64,000 bases of DNA from Octopus vulgaris (GCA_951406725.2 OX597815.1:169756001-169820000); one strand, 5' to 3'. Counted from the stretch's first letter, positions 15,058 through 29,965 are shown. Numbers and translations are program-made. Notes: a model not told the origin generated them from the sequence alone.

Positions 15058-15202
15058 ACGTCTGTAAAAATGAACATGGCTATGTATAAATGTTTGTATA
15101 TAATCCTTGGTAGTGTTTATTTGAAAAATTAAATGAATGACAAGATCGAAAGTTTAAAGATTTGATCATTGAAGTGGGAAATAATAACCATCAGAAAGGT
15201 CA

Positions 15203-15802
15203 GAAACGTTAGCACGCCGGGCGAAATAGTTAGCGGTATTTCGACTATCTTCAAGTTCGGAGTTCAAATTCCGCCGAGGTCGACTTTGCCTTTCATCCTT
15301 TCGGGGTCGATTAGATAAGTACCAGTTACGCACTGGGGTCGATGTAATCGACTCAATCCGTTTCTCTGTCCTTGTTTGTCCCCGCTGTGTTTAGCCCCTT
15401 GTGGGTAGTAAAGAAATAGGTATTTCGTCTGTCTTTATGCTTTGAGTTCAAATTCCGCTGAAGTCGAGTTTGCCTTTCATCCTTTCCGGGTTGATAAATT
15501 TAGTACCACTTGCGTACTGGGGTCGATCTAATCGCCTGGCCACTTCCCCAGAAATTTCGGGCCTTGTGCCTAGAATAGAAAACAATACAATCCTTTCTAT
15601 TATAGGTTCAAGCCCTGAAATTTTAGGATAGGGGACTAGTCAATTACATCGACCCCAATGCGTGACTTGTACATATTTCATCCCCCCCCCAAAGAAATAG
15701 AAAGTCAACCTCGACAGAACTTGAACTCAGAACGTAAGGACAGGATATATGCCGCGAAGCATTTTGTCCGGCGTGCTAACGTTTCTGTCCTCTCGCTGCC
15801 TT
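15203..15802. mobile_element. SINE family A dimer (+, 15203-15582) tail-to-tail with an older monomer (-, 15590-15802)
   Basis: Consensus A units followed directly by a reverse-complement copy. Confidence 0.88.
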
Positions 15803-16261
15803 TACATGTAATGTAATATAATGCATCTATGCATGTATACATGTATGTATATATTTGTGTATGCATGTGTATGTGTATGTAGATGTGGCTATGTACATTT
15901 GTATGTATGGATGCTATTGAATGTGTAAATCTGTATGTTTGAATTTAGTTTTGCGTAAACATTCGTATGATTACACAATATAGACGAGTATGGGTGACCA
16001 TACTATTGAGCTAACTGCTGGAATGTTTTGCGATTTTTCCAGTTTCGTTAATACCTTGTTAATGCATATATGGATTTCTACATGTATGTGTGTACGTAAC
16101 TGTGTATGATAGTCTGCATATATTCATATATGTATACATGTATGCATATGTACATAAAGTATGTTTGTGTGTGTGTGCGTGTGTATATGGGTGTATATAC
16201 ACGTGCATATTATGTATCTATGTACGCATGTATATTTAAATATTTTTAAATTCTTGGAAAC

Positions 16262-18250
16262 AAATCTCCATTATTGGAATTTAGATAAGAAAAAAGCATA
16301 GAGTTACATCTTGAATTTCTGAAACATCTTGCATATTTTCTGTTACTCTTCTTACATATTGTATTTGCAGAATTTGAGCTAGATCTTGAAGGTTTTCCTT
16401 GAGAATTACTTCAATTCTTCTTCGCAAAATTTAAGCCGGTCACTAACAAAATGACAATGCTTCTTTGTAAAAGTGAAGACGTTACTAGATATTTTCGAGT
16501 GCGAGTTAATGTGTGCATACATGTGAGTGTGCATATGGAAGTGTACTAGCATTCGTGCAATGCTTTACATGTGTTTTTAGTACACAAATGTATGCGAGTG
16601 CTCTTTATGCATGTTTGTGTGTTGTATGCACATATGTAATTGTGTAAGAAACTCGATCCAGGAAACACCAGTGAAGGATGATTAGAATGTTTTACAGATA
16701 CTCACTGAGACACTAACGGGTTGGATTTGGAAACTGGCGGGTCTAGTTTGTATTGGAAATATCAGTTTTTAGACCCTTATGTAAATTTGTTTTTTCATAG
16801 CCTCCTGCAATAGAGATGATTCGTGCATATGAAATTAAGATACATGAAATCATTATACGTTGTATTTTCAACAACCTTAGATGAGACGTTTACAACCATT
16901 GGGCAACTGATCTTTTCAACAGTAAATATCTTTCGCTTCGTGTCTCATAGAGCAATACCACGTCTTTTGAGATTGCGCCGGATTGTAAATTCTATTGGAA
17001 TTCTCCTCCAGCCTTTCATTTAATTAATACATTCTAGCTCTGGTATACTTTTTACATGATTATCAATAAAATCCTTTCTGCTGATAGCATTCTAAATAGT
17101 TTTGGCAACAATGGCATACTTCATGGGAAAGTGGTATTTTACGGACAATTAAGACAGATGTTGATGTTGTGGATGATAACTGGTATAGTGCAATCAACAT
17201 TTTCTTACACAATTCGGCGATTTGGAGGAATTATTACCCCTTTTATTGATCAAGCCTTTTTGTAGCTATCTTGTGACGCTCAATGACGAAGGCTAGATAG
17301 AATATGATACATCCTCCACGAATCTAAGAATGGTTACACTTCTTTTCAGTGTTCTTAGTCTCTTCTGGCATGCAGGAAATGTTACAATGCAAAAATGCTG
17401 CCGATGAATATTTCGTCCCTACGTTTCTGTCCAAGTCAAGTCAGTCCAGCTATCCTAAGGTCAAAATGAAACAACCACACACTCAGAATGTCTATTCAGG
17501 AGTTTTTTTATACCTACTTTCAAGGTGTTATTATTTTCACCGTTGAGTTCACATGTGGTGTACTCATTTCTCCTTTTATAGTTTAGTAGATATTGGCCGT
17601 GTGAGACACTCGGAGACTGTTTGGATTGATCATATGCCTCTACATATATTCCCCCACTTGATTGACACAGATCCTGTCTGTATCTCTGTTGTCGTTGATG
17701 ATGTGGATATTAGCAGTATCTGCTTTGTTATGATATCTAAGTAGCGGATCTCTTGAAATGTCAAGACATGTATCCCAGATGTTGGTGCTACAAAAGCAAC
17801 ATGGATATGGTCTTATTGAATGAGGATAGATCTGATTTCCATATATTCCGAAGTCTGCCGAATTTTGTCTTTTCTCCTCTAACTTTGCTCATCAATTCCG
17901 AGGCACTTGTAGCATTTCTCAGTGGAAATAGGGGATAGAGGAGATAGACAGACAATTGATATCTATTCTTTTTTGTTATCAACTATCTGACCCCAAACAT
18001 TACCTAAATACCGGTTAAGGTCATTGATAAAAGCCGTGGTTTCAAAGTTGATTACTAACTCCTTTACGAACCTGAACAAGTAGTTTTTATTATTTCCTCA
18101 AGAGAAATGATAAGGGATTCAGTACCAAGAGGACCAGTAGTACAAACAGGCTGCCACTCTGTAATAATCTTTTGGATAACCTTGTTCTGTTAGTGAATGC
18201 AACAGTTGCTTCAGATGTATGTGTCTACATGTGTGTTACCTTCCCTTTTC
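16262..18250 (-). mobile_element. Decayed R4/Dong-type LINE (RT C-terminus to RLE), interrupted at about 16500-16800
   Basis: Broken frames give CYKCLGIDE, RLRNIWKSDLSSFNKTI, LDIITKQILL..DTDRI, KISCPMVVNVS and terminal QKICKMFQKFKM*. Confidence 0.75.
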
Positions 18251-18289
18251 CTAATTACTTGAATTTGTTTCAACAAGTATTTGGTTTCT

Positions 18290-18760
18290 AATAGCGAAAG
18301 AAAGCTCAATCGCTGGAATTTAGGTAACATCAACGGTGAAGAGTTAACACGTTGAACTTTAGCAAAGTCAGACATAAGTTTACTGCTCCCCTTATATACC
18401 ATATATGTTATGAGACTGTAGGTTGGTTAATTTCTAGCCTGAAAATCGTAGATCTCCAAGATTATCACTAAGGCATTTACTAGCAAAGATGAATGCACCA
18501 GTAATTAGAGTTACAAAGATGAATTTATAAGCTGTAGTTTTCGGAGTAGTTGTTAGTAGATTTTCTGTTTTTTGCTAGTTTTGATAAGAAGTGTGCACAT
18601 CTGCAAGGCAACTGACCTCTATAACTGTACACAATATTTCTTTTTTTGTCTTAAACAACTATAATAGGCCAGTTATGCTGGCATTTGGCAGAAATACTGA
18701 TGGGAATGTTACATCAATATTGCTTTTGTTGACACAACATAGGCATTTTCCATATTTACT
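18290..18760 (-). mobile_element. R4/Dong-type LINE 3' fragment (RLE domain)
   Basis: NIPISISAKCQHN, CTVIEVSCLADV and YKFIFVTLITGA; homologous to 19941-20240. Confidence 0.75.
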
Positions 18761-19235
18761 TTAGGACGGTATGTATGTCTATGTCTGATTGTGTGCATAT
18801 GTACTACCCTCTTGCACAAACACACACACACACACACACCCACACACACACACTTACACACACTTACTCACTCACTCACTCACTCACTCACACTCACATA
18901 TACACATATATAACATTTTATCACAAGAGACCAACCATCTGATTATATTTATCATACCATTGCTAAATATCACACACGCACCCATGCACACTCATATATG
19001 CAGATACATACGTACGTGGAGCTAATGAGCAAACCTGCATATAGTCGCTCGACCAACTAGAAATACTAGCTAAATATCCCTCATAACACACTTTGCAACC
19101 TTTTGAAAATAAGAGGTAGTATACAGTATATAATACTGTCTACCGAAACTAAAAATAAAAACGTGGGATGGTCAAGCATGACTGGAATGCCTGGGGCTAA
19201 ACGACATCGACAGCTGCAACACACTCACACACACG

Positions 19236-19300
<65 letters not shown>

Positions 19301-19466
19301 GCACACACAATCACACACACACACAAATGCAGACACACTCATTCACATTTATGAAAGTCATATGTGTATGTGCTAATGTGTTGTGACTTGTGTTCGACAG
19401 AATTTTGTTTACGTTTTAATAACATTCCGCTACGTTATCTCAGCTTCGTGAAAGGAAGAGATAAGC

Positions 19467-19506
19467 AATCCCTGATGAGGTATGAAGAATGTGAAACCTG
19501 TCGGTT
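19467..19506 (+). ncRNA. Minimal hammerhead ribozyme motif, partly decayed
   Basis: aatcc-CTGATGA-g-gtat-gaaga-atgt-GAAA-cct-GTC-ggtt: intact core, NUH=GUC, weak stems I and II. Confidence 0.55.
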
Positions 19507-19589
19507 CTATCTTTATCCCCATGTGTCGAAAAACGGCCTCACAGGCCTGATTTTACATGGGCTCCGTATTTTTATACATACATACATAC

Positions 19590-20352
19590 ATACGGCCAGA
19601 CTAAAAGACTTCAAAGAAGATCTGCGTGGGCATGTTTCTCGAAGACTTGAAGAAGGCAGTTATATTGACATGAAGGGAAGCCTCTCTTGGACTCGTGACT
19701 GCTACATCACAGGACACTTCGAAGGCTATGGATTTGCAATTCAAGAATAGGGGATTGCTGTTAAATGCCTAATAAACAAAAGAAAAAGTTGAGCCCATGT
19801 AGGTTATGTCATATTTCTTTGGAAGACATCATTAGCAGCTGCCTAAAAATGTCTTCAAGGCACTACCTCGCTCTGTGACATGACGTTTTCGCAAAATCAA
19901 TATACGATACCATTCAGAAAAAGTCTGTCTTGGATAAATATTGAGAATCACCTTGTTATTAAATATATACCTAAATAAGGAATACTGGTGGAACATTCCC
20001 ATTAAAACAGCTGTCAAGTGTAAACATAACAGGCCGGATATTTTTGTTTGGCACTCCCAAGAAAAAATATATACCGTCATAGAGGTCAGCGACCCTGCTG
20101 ATGTGAATATCTCTTTGAAGATCAAAGCGAAAGAGGTTAACTATGGACAACTACTTGGAAACCTTCAGCTTCTATATCCAGATTATAAATTCACATTTAT
20201 ACTTATAATAATTGGTGCACATCGTTTTGTACGTAAATAAAATAATAATAATCTGAATAAGAAAAAGAAATAAACCAGTTCGTATATTGCAAATATAATC
20301 TGTAAGTTGAACAGTAAAGATATGCAAAACTTTTTTCAGGTTTAAAATGTGA
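19590..20352 (+). mobile_element. R4/Dong-type LINE 3' fragment
   Basis: ITGHFEGYGFAIQE; KHNRPDIFVW..TVIEVSDPADVNISLKIKAKEVNYGQL (PD-(D/E)xK restriction-like endonuclease); TVKICKTFFRFKM*. Confidence 0.85.
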
Positions 20353-20479
20353 CGTTGTATTGTTATCTGCATTCCAACGGCAAAGCTTTATATCTTTGTG
20401 AGAAACCAACTCTTTCCTTAGAGGAATAATTTAAATAAGTAAAAAGCTAAGGAGAACATACATACATATAGACATACAT

Positions 20480-20822
20480 ACATGACAACTTCCTCGTGAT
20501 CGAAGAAGACCTTCACTGACCATTGCCCATGCGTAATATTAGCAATACCCGTGCATGAGGTTACTGCACTAGCGTTTGGCCTCACCTGGGTTCGCGCTCG
20601 TGGCTTCTATGCTCGCTGTGGCACCCTTCTACATGACCGGGCATCGAAAATTCGCTTCGCCGGCGATTGCACAACCTAAAATTTTAGGTTCAATAAGGTT
20701 TGCACAACATTTACACTCCCACTTCACCCTGTAAGGGTGATCCAGATACTAGGCAGGGCAAGATATTTGGTGCCAATATGGGTCGCATGCTCAAGAATGT
20801 GCGGGCACCATGATTTCAAGCG
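20480..20822 (-). mobile_element. GC-richer interspersed repeat, probably an RTE-related SINE or LINE derivative
   Basis: GC-rich block between (CATA)n tracts; its minus-strand 3' end loosely resembles the 45700 tail. Confidence 0.35.
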
Positions 20823-20844
20823 CATACATACATACATACATACA

Positions 20845-20878
<34 letters not shown>

Positions 20879-21309
20879 CAAATATACATACACGCCTTCA
20901 TATGTACAAACATGCATACATAAATTCATACATACATTAGTAAATACATCTCGGTCAGTTTAGACGATGAGCTCTTAGTTGTTCAGTCAACTGAATTAAC
21001 AGTCTCATTGAATTAGCGAGTAGGTGGTTGAGTATTCCGCAATATGTAGAAGTAACGTGACAAAGTGGGACAAGGCTGGACGTTTGAATTACATGTAAAA
21101 TACATTCGATGCGTTTCCAAAGATTCAGAAAATTAATACAACGGTTCTGATGATGATATCTGAGCTCATAAATTAGATACATGCTCTGCTGGCCTCATGT
21201 AATGGACATGCATTCTGTTGTGGAAGCCAATACTTCCTATTTACCTGAATATTTCCAGGAAAATTTCAAGTCACAGCTTAACATATGAAATCTATAACTA
21301 GTTCGTATT

Positions 21310-21927
21310 TTTTATCTTTTACTAGTTTTAGCTATTGGGCTGCAGCCATGCTGGGGCACTACCTTGAGGGTTTTAGTCGAATGAATCGACTCAAGTACTT
21401 ATTTCTTCAAGCCTGTGACTTATTCTATTGTTCTCTTAATGCCGAACCGCTAGCGAACGGAAACGTAAATAAACCAACACCGGTTGTCAAACGGCGTGGA
21501 TGACAAAAACAAAGACACACACACACATATGCGCAATGAGTTGTTTCAGCTTTAGGGGGCACGCAGTGGGACTGAACCCGGAACCATGTGCTTGGGAAGC
21601 AAACTTCTTACCACACAAACCACACCTGCACATACAATTCTAGCTCCTTAATTACATTTTCAGCTTTATCTCAATTATTATCTGAATGGCAATATATGAA
21701 GCAAACTACTTTGATTAAAGCATGTTTAACTTAAATTTGATTTTATTTTCAGAAAGGTACACAGCGCAGCCGTGGTTGTGCTGTTAGGCAACCTGGTTTC
21801 CAGCTATGTGGTCTTGGGTTCAGTCCCACTCGACGGCTTCTTGGGCAAGTGTCTTTTATTGTATCCCTAGGCCGACCAAAATGCGTTGTGAGTGGATTTG
21901 GTGGACGGGAACTGAAAGAAGCTCGTC

Positions 21928-21970
<43 letters not shown>

Positions 21971-22212
21971 TAGTTATATATCTATAGGTATATGTCTTTA
22001 TTTGTGTTTGTCTTCTCCCCATCGCTTGACGACAAGTCTTCGTTTGTTTTCATCTATGTAAAGAGCAGTTCGGCAAAAGAGAGCGATAGTTTCAGTACCA
22101 GAATAAAAAATTAAAGGAAAAGAAATAATTACTGGGTCATTTCATCTTGACTTGAATCTTTCAAGGGGTTAACCCAGCATGGCCGCAGACCAATGACATA
22201 GGTAAAAGATAC
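21310..22212. mobile_element. Head-to-head SINE family C pair (- 21310-21630, + 21765-22212)
   Basis: gtgggactgaacccggaaccatgtg versus tatgtggtcttgggttcagtcccac. Confidence 0.82.
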
Positions 22213-23089
22213 AGAAAACCAATAATTAGCAATTTTCAGATAATAAGAACCGTATCTGGGAAAATATAAACCCGTAAGGCTGTTAGGTAAATTAAGAGTT
22301 TTTTTTTAATGATAGTTTTTGTTTACTTCGTTATCTTCCTGCTAGGACATTGCTCTAGTCAAAATAATTAATGAAAAATATAAGCAAGAAGGCTCCAAAG
22401 CATTATATATACAGTCATATATTCTGGATTCTTTGAGAGATTGTAAATTATTCAAGAAAAATGAGCTGTAAACAAAAAATATCCTTGATAATGAACATTT
22501 TACAAGGGGGCTTTAAAAATATCTAAATGTGGCAAAATTCTTCATTGGCAGGTGCATTTAGTTCCATTCATATCCATTTTCTACTTTTTTTCGGTCTTCC
22601 CACACTGAGATGAAATACAAAGCACACATGTACATCTAAACACATGTGATCATACACACACAAACATATACACATACACACGTGTGTGCGGGCGTACCTA
22701 CATAATTTATAACCTTTATCTGTTATGTTAAAAGTATTCATAATACCTTCTTTCCTTTAATTAAGATTTTTGTCTTGATATGCGAGATTTTAATTACAAT
22801 AAAAACAAAAGCCCATATTCATTCCGTTATCATTGTTGGTGGTTTTCATTAAAAACTTACTAAATTTTTGATGTATTGTGTTAAAAAATATGTGTTATTG
22901 GATTCCGTTTAAACTTAACACTCACGTTTGAATATACACTGGAACAACACATGTACGATCATCTCTATCTCACTCATATGCAAACTTAAATATTAATAAA
23001 GAGAGAAAAGTTCCTTCAGATATATGTATGATTGAGTGTGTAGCTATGTATTATGCATATCCATGTATTATGATCAATTATCTATCTAG

Positions 23090-23157
<68 letters not shown>

Positions 23158-23423
23158 ACATACATACATACATACATACATAAGAAAGGACAAAAGTACA
23201 TGATAGGGTTCGCTAGCCGTGTGCGCGTGTGCGGACGAGTCTGTCTGTTTGTCTGTGTCTCTGTATGTATACATACATGCATACATAAATATACGGTATT
23301 TACACAAATACACATACTGAAACAGAAGTGAGTTCAAATCTGATAATTTTTTTTTATAAATATCACTTTTTGAAATTTCCTCAAAAGCTCTCTACAGTCA
23401 TTGTAGAGTCAACAAAACATAAA

Positions 23424-23612
23424 TGTTGTGTCTGAGGAGAGTCATTTTCTTTTTGTGCCCCTTATAATGTAACACACTCACCAAGACTATTGAAAAGGTT
23501 GCAAGACGCAACGAAAATTTTAGGAAAATAATAAGAAATAAGTGGAAATTTTACCGGTGAGTGTGTTACATTATAAGGCACAAAAAGAAATTGACCCTCC
23601 CCAGACACAACA
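23424..23612. mobile_element. Foldback or MITE-like inverted repeat (arms about 58 bp)
   Basis: tgttgtgtctgaggagagtcattttctttttgtgccccttataatgtaacacactcacc and its reverse complement at 23556-23612. Confidence 0.8.
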
Positions 23613-23787
23613 GAATATGATTCAACACACGATTCATATAAAGAATCTTGCAAAACAAATCCAAAAATAAAAACAGATGTTTAATAAGAAAATACGAAAC
23701 ATCATTAGCCAAAACTGAGCAGATTCGATAACAATCGAGTTTTCAATGTAAATAAAAAACATATGAGATAAACCAAGTGTGCCTCTC

Positions 23788-23875
<88 letters not shown>

Positions 23876-24546
23876 GTTATCTATCCTCTTTCATTACTGA
23901 TTGTTACTGACTTCGAAATTTCGGCCAGTAAAATTGGGATGCATTAAGTTAATCTTGCATTTATATATTCTCTTTTAAGTTAAACAATCTTCTTCAGGTT
24001 TGAGTGGAATGTTAAGTAGGTTTTAGGGTGGGTTGTTATGGAGAGCGGGTTTTAAGAAATTTTATTGATTATATTTGGAGTTATTGTTTAGAATTTATTA
24101 AATATGTAGCACTTTGTAAGCAGGTGTAAATATTTAGGTGTGTCCCTTTTGGTACGTAAGTATAGGATATCTCAGATAATATAAAGCTCAAAGGTTCAAA
24201 GTTTAGCCCAGAATTAATTAAAAAACTCAGTAATTGGATATGTCAACATTTTGCTAATTAAATTTTTAGGGGTTCACAAAAGAATGTAAGTAGGTGGTAT
24301 GTTTTAGCTGGTCAGTTTCTTTAATTGTTCTTGTTATTTAGAGTATTTCCTGTTTTAATTTGGAAGGTGAGGGTTAATAGACGGACATGTCATGGTCTTG
24401 TTAGTATAGAAACTGTTTATCTGAGCTTTGACATTCATAAAAGGATGAGGGTAGGCGTAAAGGTTGTTGGTCTCTATGTTTCTCTCTAGGTGCTCATTCT
24501 TTTATAAGCAATTTGATTTAATATGCAGAAATTGGAATCTAATAAA

Positions 24547-24586
<40 letters not shown>

Positions 24587-24590
<4 letters not shown>

Positions 24591-24877
24591 CGTGACCGAC
24601 CAGGTTATCAGATGTTGCTACACATCGCTGTTCACAATGCGCTTCGCATTCAAATGACGCCACCCCGCTGGCTAAGCGAGCAGGACAACAGAAGAAAGAA
24701 TGAGAGAAAGTTGTGACGAAAGAGTACAGCAGGGATCGCCACCATCCCCTGCCGGAGCTTCGTGGAGCTTTAGGTGTTTTCGCTCAATAAACACTCGCAA
24801 CGCCCGGTCTGGAAATCGAAACCGCGATCCTACAACCGCGAGTCCGCTGCCCTAACCACTAGGCCATTGCGCCTCTA
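24587..24877 (-). mobile_element. SINE family D (tRNA-Arg-like head; OR-type), tail type 1
   Basis: Minus strand ggcgcaatggcctagtggttagggcagcggactcgcgg..ggtttcgatttcc; ends gtcggtcacggtgatata. Confidence 0.88.
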
Positions 24878-25769
24878 CACACACACACACACACACACAT
24901 ATATTAATATATATATATATGCATAGAGAGAGAGAGAGAGGGAGAGAGAGGGAGAGAAAAAGACAGAGACACATAGAAACTGTATTAATGTCACTTAGAG
25001 GGTATGCGTCTTAAAATCAAAATGTTCTCATATAAATATATATATATATATATATGCACATACATACATTCATACATGCATATATATATTCTTTAATTCT
25101 TTTATTTGTTTCAGTCATTTGACTGCTGCCATGCTGGAGCACCGCCTTTCGTAAACAGTCTCAAGGCCATATATTTCGAGAGAAAGAAGAGCCGATCATA
25201 GACTCCAAGTACTCATATGTCATTGCTACTCATTAACTCTAGAAGAATGAAAAGCAAAATCGATTTCCGTAGGATTTGAACGCAGACCTTAAATAACGGG
25301 AAAAATAAAGACGACATTTTTCGTCCGTATTTTTAACGATCTTACCAATCCACATCTCCAAATATTACACAATCAGTTCTTAGTGTTTCACATTCCCGCT
25401 TTAAACATTGTTTTTTTAGAGTTTTTTCGCACAATTTCTTTCTCTTTAAAATGATATGAGCAACAATATATACACTATTCCCAAAATAGATATTACTATG
25501 AAATTCGTCACATATATAACATATTTATATAATCACATAAGCATGTATATATTTATAAGTATGTATGTCTCTGTGCCTGTCTGTCTGTATGTATGTATAT
25601 ATACACAAAAGTATAGATGGAAAAGAAGGTGATAAAAATAGTACTAGAATGTTAAAGGTAGAGTAATATGCTTTTTATTAAAGCCGAAAATTCTTCACAA
25701 ACATTTCATGAAGATTTTTTTCGGCTCTAACAAAAATTATCACTCTCTCTCTCTCTCTCCAATTATCTG

Positions 25770-25860
<91 letters not shown>

Positions 25861-26159
25861 ACACGCACGTATGTACACACATTTGCACACGTCTGTAACT
25901 TCTTAACCCTCTCAATGACTATATCTATCTGTATATATGTATATTGGGCATTAATACATGTACCTCTGGACGCTTGTATGTACGTGTGTGTATACGTTTA
26001 CGCATGTACACACACATCTGTGGGTGTTTACACAGGCAGCCGCTTACTATGATCGACCGTTTATTGTTATCTTAAATTGATAGGTTTTAAACTTCAACTA
26101 AATATATGCCTATCATTTCTGTTTTATGGAAAAGCCTTCGTTCTAAAGCCATCACAAAA

Positions 26160-26739
26160 GTCAGCTTCCGCGGGTTCAATCCCAATGCGTGGCACTTTGG
26201 GCAGGTGTCTCCTGCTATAGCCCGGTGTTGGTCAAAGTCTTGTAAGTGTTTTTGGTATACGGAAACTGAAAGAAGTTCTCTGTGTATATATATGTGTGTG
26301 TGTGTGTGTACGCGCGCGTGTGTATATATGTACATCTAAGTGTGTGTGTTTCTTTGTGAATGTGCTTGTAGCGCACTAACGCTTGACAATGGTGGTTGGC
26401 TTGTTTACGTCCCCGTAACATGCGCTTCGGCAACAAAGACTGACAGAATAAACATCAGACGTAATAAAAATATAAGTACTGAGGTCTATTTCTTCTCGAC
26501 TAAATCCTTCAAGTTAGTGCCCTAGCATGAAACAAATAATAAATAAGATGTATTTTACTCTCGGTGTGGTTGTGTGGGACGCAGGCGTATCTGTGTGGTA
26601 AGAAGCTTGCTTCATAACCACACGGTTCCGGGTTCAGTTCCATTGCGTGACACCTTGGGTTAATGTCTTCTATTATAGCCTGGGGCCAATCAAAGCCTCG
26701 TGAGTGGATTTTGTTGGCAGAAACTGAAAGAAGCCCGTC

Positions 26740-26811
<72 letters not shown>

Positions 26812-26859
26812 GTATATACATGTATATATATATATGTATATATATGTATATATGTATAT

Positions 26860-26890
<31 letters not shown>

Positions 26891-27176
26891 AACACATATA
26901 TATATATGTGTGTATGTATGTATATATATTTATATATCTATGAGTGTGTGTCTTTGTGTTTGTGTTTGTCCCTCCATCACCGCTTGATAACCAATGCTGG
27001 TGTTTATGTCACTGTAACTTAGCGGTTCGGCAAAATACACTGATCGACTAAGTACTAGGCTTACGAAGAATAAGTCCTGGGGTCGATTTGCTCGACTAAA
27101 AAAAAACAAAAAAACTTGAAGGCGGTGCTCCAGCTCGGCCGCAATCAAATGACTGATTTGTAAAAGAATAAATGAA
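26160..27176 (+). mobile_element. Two tandem SINE family C copies (26160-26530, 26578-27176)
   Basis: Consensus head, body and tail motifs with internal microsatellites. Confidence 0.88.
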
Positions 27177-27199
27177 TATATATATTAATACTTAAACAT

Positions 27200-27242
<43 letters not shown>

Positions 27243-27314
27243 ATGTTTATATGTATGTGTGAGTGTATGCGTATGTGTTTATGTGTAAGTGTGTATGAGT
27301 GTGCTTGCGTTTAT

Positions 27315-27357
<43 letters not shown>

Positions 27358-28030
27358 ACTGGTTCTTTTAATGCTTTCATTTAAGAGGATATGTTTATAA
27401 ACATAACAGGAAATGTGTAGTATATGAATAACAATCTACAACACTTCAGTCGCGGCGTGTTTGTACGTGCATGTGTGTGAGAGATAGATAGAAAGACAGA
27501 GAGGGAAGGAGAGAGAGAGGGTGTGTATGTGTGTGCGTGCGTATGTGACTGTTCCTTCTATCTTTTTTTCTTCATTTCTACATCTCTCTCTCTCTCTCAC
27601 ACACACGCACACTTATGCTGTTGCTTAACATTAGCTCAAAAGTGTTTTTGAAATTTCTGTGTTAAATATTCCGTATTTTCTGTTCATGAAATGTATGAGG
27701 ACAGTTCTTCCCGTTAGTTTCATTCTCACCGATATAAACTCATAGCTCCTACTGCCAGTTGCGTCGTTGTGCACTCTCACCGAATAAATTAAATATCTCA
27801 CTTGGCTAAAACAAAAACTCCACTCTTTAATATCTTTAACTACTTTCTCCCTTTCCCCTTCTGTGTACGTGAGAATATATATCAATGTGTGTGTATATAT
27901 ATATCTTTATTGCCCACAGGAGGTTAAACATGGAGCGGACAATCAAGGACAGACATAGGGATTAAGTCGGATACATCGACACCAGTGCGTGACTGGTACT
28001 TCTTTAATCGACACGGAAAGGACGAAATAT

Positions 28031-28116
<86 letters not shown>

Positions 28117-28401
28117 GTATATATATATACATATATATATAAAGATATAAATATAGATACATTCATACATATATACATATATATATATATGTATGTATAT
28201 ATTAATAGATTTAATAGCCTAATAGTGTTATATAACTGAATGTATAAACCCTATCGGGTTTATATGCTCTATTTATTATTTTCTATAACCAGGACGCACA
28301 ATTCGCACGTTTGCCTATACATATATGTATGCATATACGAATATAAGTATGTATGTACGTATACATAAGTACATACATATATATACATATATATATATAT
28401 G

Positions 28402-28444
<43 letters not shown>

Positions 28445-28445
<1 letters not shown>

Positions 28446-28612
28446 AATCCAAAAAAGAACAAACACAAAAACAACAACGTTAGGACGTGGTACATGTAAA
28501 GTATTAGCAGATGCTCAGGGAAGGAAAGAAAGATCTTTTAACGTTTCGAGCAGACGCTCCGCTTCGGAAACAGAGGAAAGTCCAATAGAAGGGAAGACGG
28601 AGGAAGAAAATG
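28445..28612 (-). mobile_element. Penelope-like terminal repeat, hammerhead core mutated
   Basis: Homologous to 37115-37320; minus strand tttCCGAAGCggagcgtctgctcGAAACGTTaaaa. Confidence 0.55.
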
Positions 28613-29709
28613 TATATATGCACATGTTTATACATGCAGCTATATTGCATGAGAATACTTACGCAAAAAATATTCTAATCTGCCCATACAGTTACTCCAA
28701 GCGCTGCACGTATACACAAATACATGCAAAATTACCATGTTGATGTTGAAATTTCAATGATGGGGCCTTGGACATACGTTAGAAACCAACTCTACATATG
28801 GGCAAGAAATCTTGAAATAAATCGAATAATGAGATCCAATCATCCATCCATAAGTACAGACATACATCACAACACTAAGACAGAACTATTCCACTTCAAC
28901 TGGCTCTACTATTCTTAACATCATGGCAAAACATATAAGGGAAATTAAAAAAAAACCCTTAAGATTGATACAGTTCATGGCCGAATTTCTCCAACAAATT
29001 TCAGATAAACCACCTACAACTGTATATTATATCTCTGAAAACAATGAGTTTTTACTCGAATAGACTATGGTGTCCAAAGAATGATTGCACTATAAAACAT
29101 CATCATGATATATAGTCCGCCATGGCCTGGTTCACTTCTGGCCAAAACTTTTCTATGTATCTTACGTGTGTGTGTGTGTGTGTGTGTGTGTATCTTTTAA
29201 AATTGTTTACGGGAAACGTTTTGAATATGCAAATAAAGCTCCTATTCCGTTATGTGACTTGTGGAAACGCGCGTAGCGATGCATTAAATGTTTATAATTT
29301 TCAAACAAAGATTATTATTATTATTATTATCACTACACACACACACACACGCACGCACACACAAACACACACACACATACATACACGCACGCACGCACAC
29401 ACACACACACGTATAGATACATATACATACACATATATAATTTTTTATACAGAAACACGACATACAGTTCAGTTAATTTACACTCGAGAAATGTGAGAGA
29501 TACGTAGATACACGTAGACACACTTAAATACACGTGTCTATTGTAAGTATATCACAAAGTAAAACATTTTCTGTATTTTCGCGGGTAAAGTTAAATATCG
29601 CGTCGAAGGGGAGGTAAGTCTAGCCTAATGGAAATGATAACAAGACTACGCGTACCCATAACGAAATTGTAGACCAAAACTGTAGGAAGAATGCTTTGAT
29701 TAACACACA

Positions 29710-29791
<82 letters not shown>

Positions 29792-29962
29792 TGCACACAG
29801 AGGAAGGATCCCTTTAGAAGAATGTTTCAATGTTTCAATACAGAAACGTGAATGTATGGAATGTATTTTTTTAAAAACAACACCGAGAATTTTACAGTGC
29901 ACATAAAAACGTACTGAGGTGCTGTTAGGTAGTAATATAACTTGTTCACACGCACAGGTAAG

Positions 29963-29965
29963 ATC

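Noticed and set aside
23880-24545. Possible Penelope relic with CTGAAGA...GAAA on the minus strand
   Set aside because: Too degenerate to define stems or a reading frame.
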